A stretch of DNA of 63,504 bases, filler included, from Craspedostauros australis (Eukaryota), in the NCBI GenBank assembly GCA_030167865.1. It is 15 parts of 15 records of this genome, joined end to end, with 100 filler letters (N's around TTAATTAATTAA, not from the genome) between each part and the next. Parts side by side here need not be neighbours in the genome. Positions count along the whole stretch, not along the records: positions 59,423 to 63,504 come from JALAGF010003218.1; 14 more parts are not named here. One strand, written 5' to 3'. Positions 60,033-63,504 of the stretch are shown one piece after another (the stretch's first letter is position 1; each line of letters starts with the position of its first letter). The notes under the pieces are model-generated. The model had not been told where the DNA came from. It saw only the letters and a list, made by a program, of their open reading frames with translations, and did no database searches. Made by a program: the position numbers and the translations under genes.

Positions 60033-61448
60033 TCATGCGCAGATGCGCTCACCGACGCAGTCTCCGCTCGCGACGGGTTCGGTGTTGTTGACGCACGCCG
60101 CGAAACCGATGCAGGCATCGTCGCTGATCATGCCAGAGTTCTGGCCGCACGAGACTGCGCCGAGGCATGCTTCCTTGCCAACCGCGCCAGTGTTTCGAGA
60201 GCAAGCAGCCGTCCCGATGCATGATTCCTTGCCGATGGTCCCTTCGTTACGTGTGCAGGCGTAGTCATACTTGCAGGAGCCGTCGTCAACACTTGCGACA
60301 TTCCGGAAGCACGCGTCGAATCCCTGGCAGGCGTCTTCGCCGATGGTCCCTTCGTTAGATCTGCAGGCGTAGTCATACCTGCAGGAGCCGTCGTCAACAC
60401 TTGCGACATTCAGGAAGCACGCGTCGAATCCCTGGCAGGCGTCTTCGCCGATGGTACCGTTGTTATCCTCGCATGCGTAGGTCCCGATACAAGATCTCTT
60501 CCCCGCATTGCCCGCATTGTCGCGACAAGAGACATCCCCGTTGCATGCGAAATCAGACAAGTCGCCACTGTTGGCGAAGCAGGCGAGGTAGCCGTTGCAA
60601 TTGAGGTCGCTGAGCTTGCCGGAGTTGAAAAAGCAAGCGAAATTACCATTGCAGGAATCCAAAGGAACCGAGACTTCGACGCCAAGGCACGCGGCTCGAC
60701 CGTTGCAAGAGTAGGGAGCGATCTCGATCGTTGACACCTCGTAGGGGCTGAAGTAGCAGGCGCCCTCACCGTTGCAGGAGTACGGGCACACAGTGATATT
60801 TGTTCTGTTGCCCCAAGCGCATGCGGTGTTGTTGGCGTTCGGTGGAACCGTGCAGCAACTGGCATCGGCTGCTGCGCAGTCGGCAGTGACGACATCGGCC
60901 GTTCCAGAAAAGCAGGTGTCAAAGGCCTTGAAGGACTTCACAGTCTTGGCGGTCTTGGATGCTCCGTTCGGGGATCCGGGCGACTTGAGCTGGCGGCTGC
61001 CGACGTTGAGGGAGTCAACTGTCTTCTTGCGGAGAGAACTTGTGAAGGAGTCCCGTGGTGCGCTGTCCGCACCATTGGCAGTGCTGCCTTGGAGACGTCC
61101 AAGATCGGCGTAGTTGTTGTTGCCGCTGGCAGAGGGACGTGGGCGGCGGATGTTGGCGCTTGTCTTCTCCTGGGACTTGTCGGAGTGACCATCGGTCTCC
61201 GCCCAAACGCTCGTTGGGATGGAGAAGCCGAACTTGTCCTGAGCGTACTGTCTTGCGTCGGCGATCTTCTGGTTGTGTTGGGTACGCTTCTTTTCGCGCT
61301 TGGCTACCAACGCTGCGAACTCCTGCTCATCAGCAGCGACATCAGCGCCGTTCGCGGGGATGTTGGTACCCAGCGAGGCATCGGAACCTTTGACGGTGAG
61401 GCTCTGTGCGATGAAGAGAGCAAGGATTTCCTTCTTCATGATTGGCAT
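60033..61448 (-). CDS. Secreted protein with C-terminal Cys/Gly/Asn repeats (xCxGxxACxxNxGxIG, about 18 aa)
   Basis: 471-aa ORF; signal peptide MKKEILALFIAQSL; about 14 repeats, including a recent 108-bp internal duplication. Confidence 0.88.
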   Translation of the reverse strand: MPIMKKEILALFIAQSLTVKGSDASLGTNIPANGADVAADEQEFAALVAKREKKRTQHNQKIADARQYAQDKFGFSIPTSVWAETDGHSDKSQEKTSANIRRPRPSASGNNNYADLGRLQGSTANGADSAPRDSFTSSLRKKTVDSLNVGSRQLKSPGSPNGASKTAKTVKSFKAFDTCFSGTADVVTADCAAADASCCTVPPNANNTACAWGNRTNITVCPYSCNGEGACYFSPYEVSTIEIAPYSCNGRAACLGVEVSVPLDSCNGNFACFFNSGKLSDLNCNGYLACFANSGDLSDFACNGDVSCRDNAGNAGKRSCIGTYACEDNNGTIGEDACQGFDACFLNVASVDDGSCRYDYACRSNEGTIGEDACQGFDACFRNVASVDDGSCKYDYACTRNEGTIGKESCIGTAACSRNTGAVGKEACLGAVSCGQNSGMISDDACIGFAACVNNTEPVASGDCVGERICA

Positions 61449-63504
61449 GGTTGCGGGTTGTTGTGGTTTGTTTGTGTTTGCTAGCGTGTGATTTGGTTTG
61501 GTTTGGTTTATGTTGGTTTGCCTTGGCTTGGTGATTTATGGGAATATACTTCGTGAGGGATCGCCTTGGCACAGAATACTAGGCACTCCTGCGAAAGCAA
61601 GTCGACGAGAGCGCGTCAGGGAGGAGCATCACGGAGGGGCATCATGGAAGACCGTCATGGGAGAGCATCAGTACCATACCATACGTAGCTCCTACATAGG
61701 ATTTGGATCCTCCACATTCAAATTTTGCTCATGGCAGCTGTTCGTTGCCAATGGTGCGCGTGCACAGGTGTGGATGTTGAAGCCAACACGTTTTCAAATT
61801 TGTGATCTGTTGACCAGCCGATGTTTTTGTGCGTTGCCGTTGGCCAAAATTTGTGTTTCGTGTGGACCAGTGGCGAAACAGAGGGCGGGAACAAATTCGG
61901 CGATCCTAATTTTCCGAGATATTGTCCGTTTGAATAGTTCTCAAACAGTCCTCATTCACGACCTTTTTTCTGTCGCCGCACGGACGGTGGCGAATTTGAT
62001 GTCTTGTTGTTTTTCGGTTCCGTCTGAACGGCCAGACAGGCAGACAAACAGTCGGGCAAACGAAAGACGGAAACGAGGCAACAGACGTTTCCGCAACGAC
62101 CTTGATGTTCACCATGTCCATGATGTGCAGAAAACAAGGAAGGCGACGCAGCTTTCGTCACGATGTTCCCTCGGCCATGTACTTGATGGCATCTCTTGAA
62201 TGCGGATACTCATCGTATGTAGTACAAGCACGAGCACCAATGGCAATCTCCCTTGTCGGAAGTGATGACCCCTTCAGTGTGTTTTCCACAATGACTGAGG
62301 TCGCCCGTCTTCCACTGGGACCAACATGCGTCGGAGCACCGTTTCCGACAAGTGACATTGATTGCGCGTCAACGAAGCATCAGGCATGACAACCTGTGCC
62401 TCAAACTGCGAAGGGACTCTGATGAGGTTGATGTTCGCAGTGTCTCGTCAGAACTCCGAGGAACCAATGCGCAACTTTTGGTCCATCTTGTAATCTGATA
62501 ACGAGTGTTTTATGATTAGTTGCTTGAGGTGCAGGATGCATGGCGAGGTTCAGTGCGGTGTATCGCGGTGCTGTGTGAGTGATTGCGGGCAGACAGAGAG
62601 AGAGGAAGCTGTTGATCGAGATGGAGCGAGATTGGGAATATTTCGCTGGCCGAAGTTTGTTGAGTTCAGCAAGATGACCTTGACAGGATAACGCTCCATG
62701 AACGAACTTAGATAGACGAACGACTTCTTTGTTGCGTTGCCATCCGTACGAAGCTTAGCACTTAGGGCATGGTCCCACGANCGGACCATGCGTTGGATGT
62801 GCAAGGCACCTTCTCAGCGCACAGGTTGCTGATGGAAGGTCTTGGTTGAGTGCGTTTTGGCGCGAATTGGCCGATTGTTGTTTTGTTGTTTTGTGTTTGC
62901 TCAATCGATGTTCGGGTTCGTGGTTCGGATCTGATGTTCGGATTCGAGTCACGAGTTTCCAGTCGTGGTTTCGTGCGCTCACAAAATGGATTGATGGTCG
63001 ACACAAAACCGATTCCGACAGTCCACCACCAAGATTGAAGCAGGCAACTCTTCCTTGGTCTCATCTGTGGCAGGATAAATAGCCACTCTCGATTTTCACA
63101 GGATGAATGATTGCACGCCACCAATCCTTCGCAGCGCACCCATGGATACCAGTGAGAGGAGAACCTGGGCATGCCAATGATCAACCCTTCTGATCCGCGC
63201 AAACAAAACAGTGACGGAGAACTTGCGTTTCGCACGCCCGAAGCCGGAGCGAAGCAGACAAGTCGAAGAGCAAGGAGCGGTTGGCTCGAGCGGTGGCTGG
63301 TTGGATCAGCGAAATCACGCCGTCGCCGTCCCTCTCGTCACTCCACTCCACCGTGTTATCGTCACTCCAGCTCGGCCATCGCCCCAACTGTCCCGATTGA
63401 AGCCCTCCACGCGACCATCTAGATCATCATCATCACTATCATCACTATCATGATCGAACTCCACAGTTTCGTCGTGGACACTTAGCACATCACAACGCAC
63501 ATGG

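Noticed and set aside
61500..63504. Possible gene or transposase remnant
   Set aside because: Only short ORFs and no motif I could recognise on either strand

Overview
Eukaryotic nuclear DNA, most likely a pennate diatom (bipartite plastid-targeting peptides with SAF/QAF/QAW motifs, CoDi-type Copia retroelements, GT-AG introns). The window is a concatenation: from 27.6 kb onward, small contigs are joined by 14 artificial 100-bp linkers (N44-TTAATTAATTAA-N44), so adjacency across linkers is meaningless. 1-26 kb is a gene-dense contig (hypotheticals, METTL21-like methyltransferase, SulP transporter, TMEM222/RTE1-like, FKBP, EngB GTPase, RNase Z, CGLD27/Ycf36, a large STAND AAA-TPR protein). 27-63 kb is mostly LTR-retrotransposon fragments plus a GT61-like glycosyltransferase, an LTR-interrupted ornithine decarboxylase and a secreted Cys-repeat protein. 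Best lead: two diverged CoDi-like Copia elements share a primer-binding site (GATTAACAGTCGCA) complementary to a tRNA-Asn(GUU) anticodon arm, suggesting half-tRNA-Asn priming, and share a GACG-tetraloop hairpin in the leader that resembles the gammaretroviral packaging loops. All family calls come from motif recognition by eye; no searches were run.
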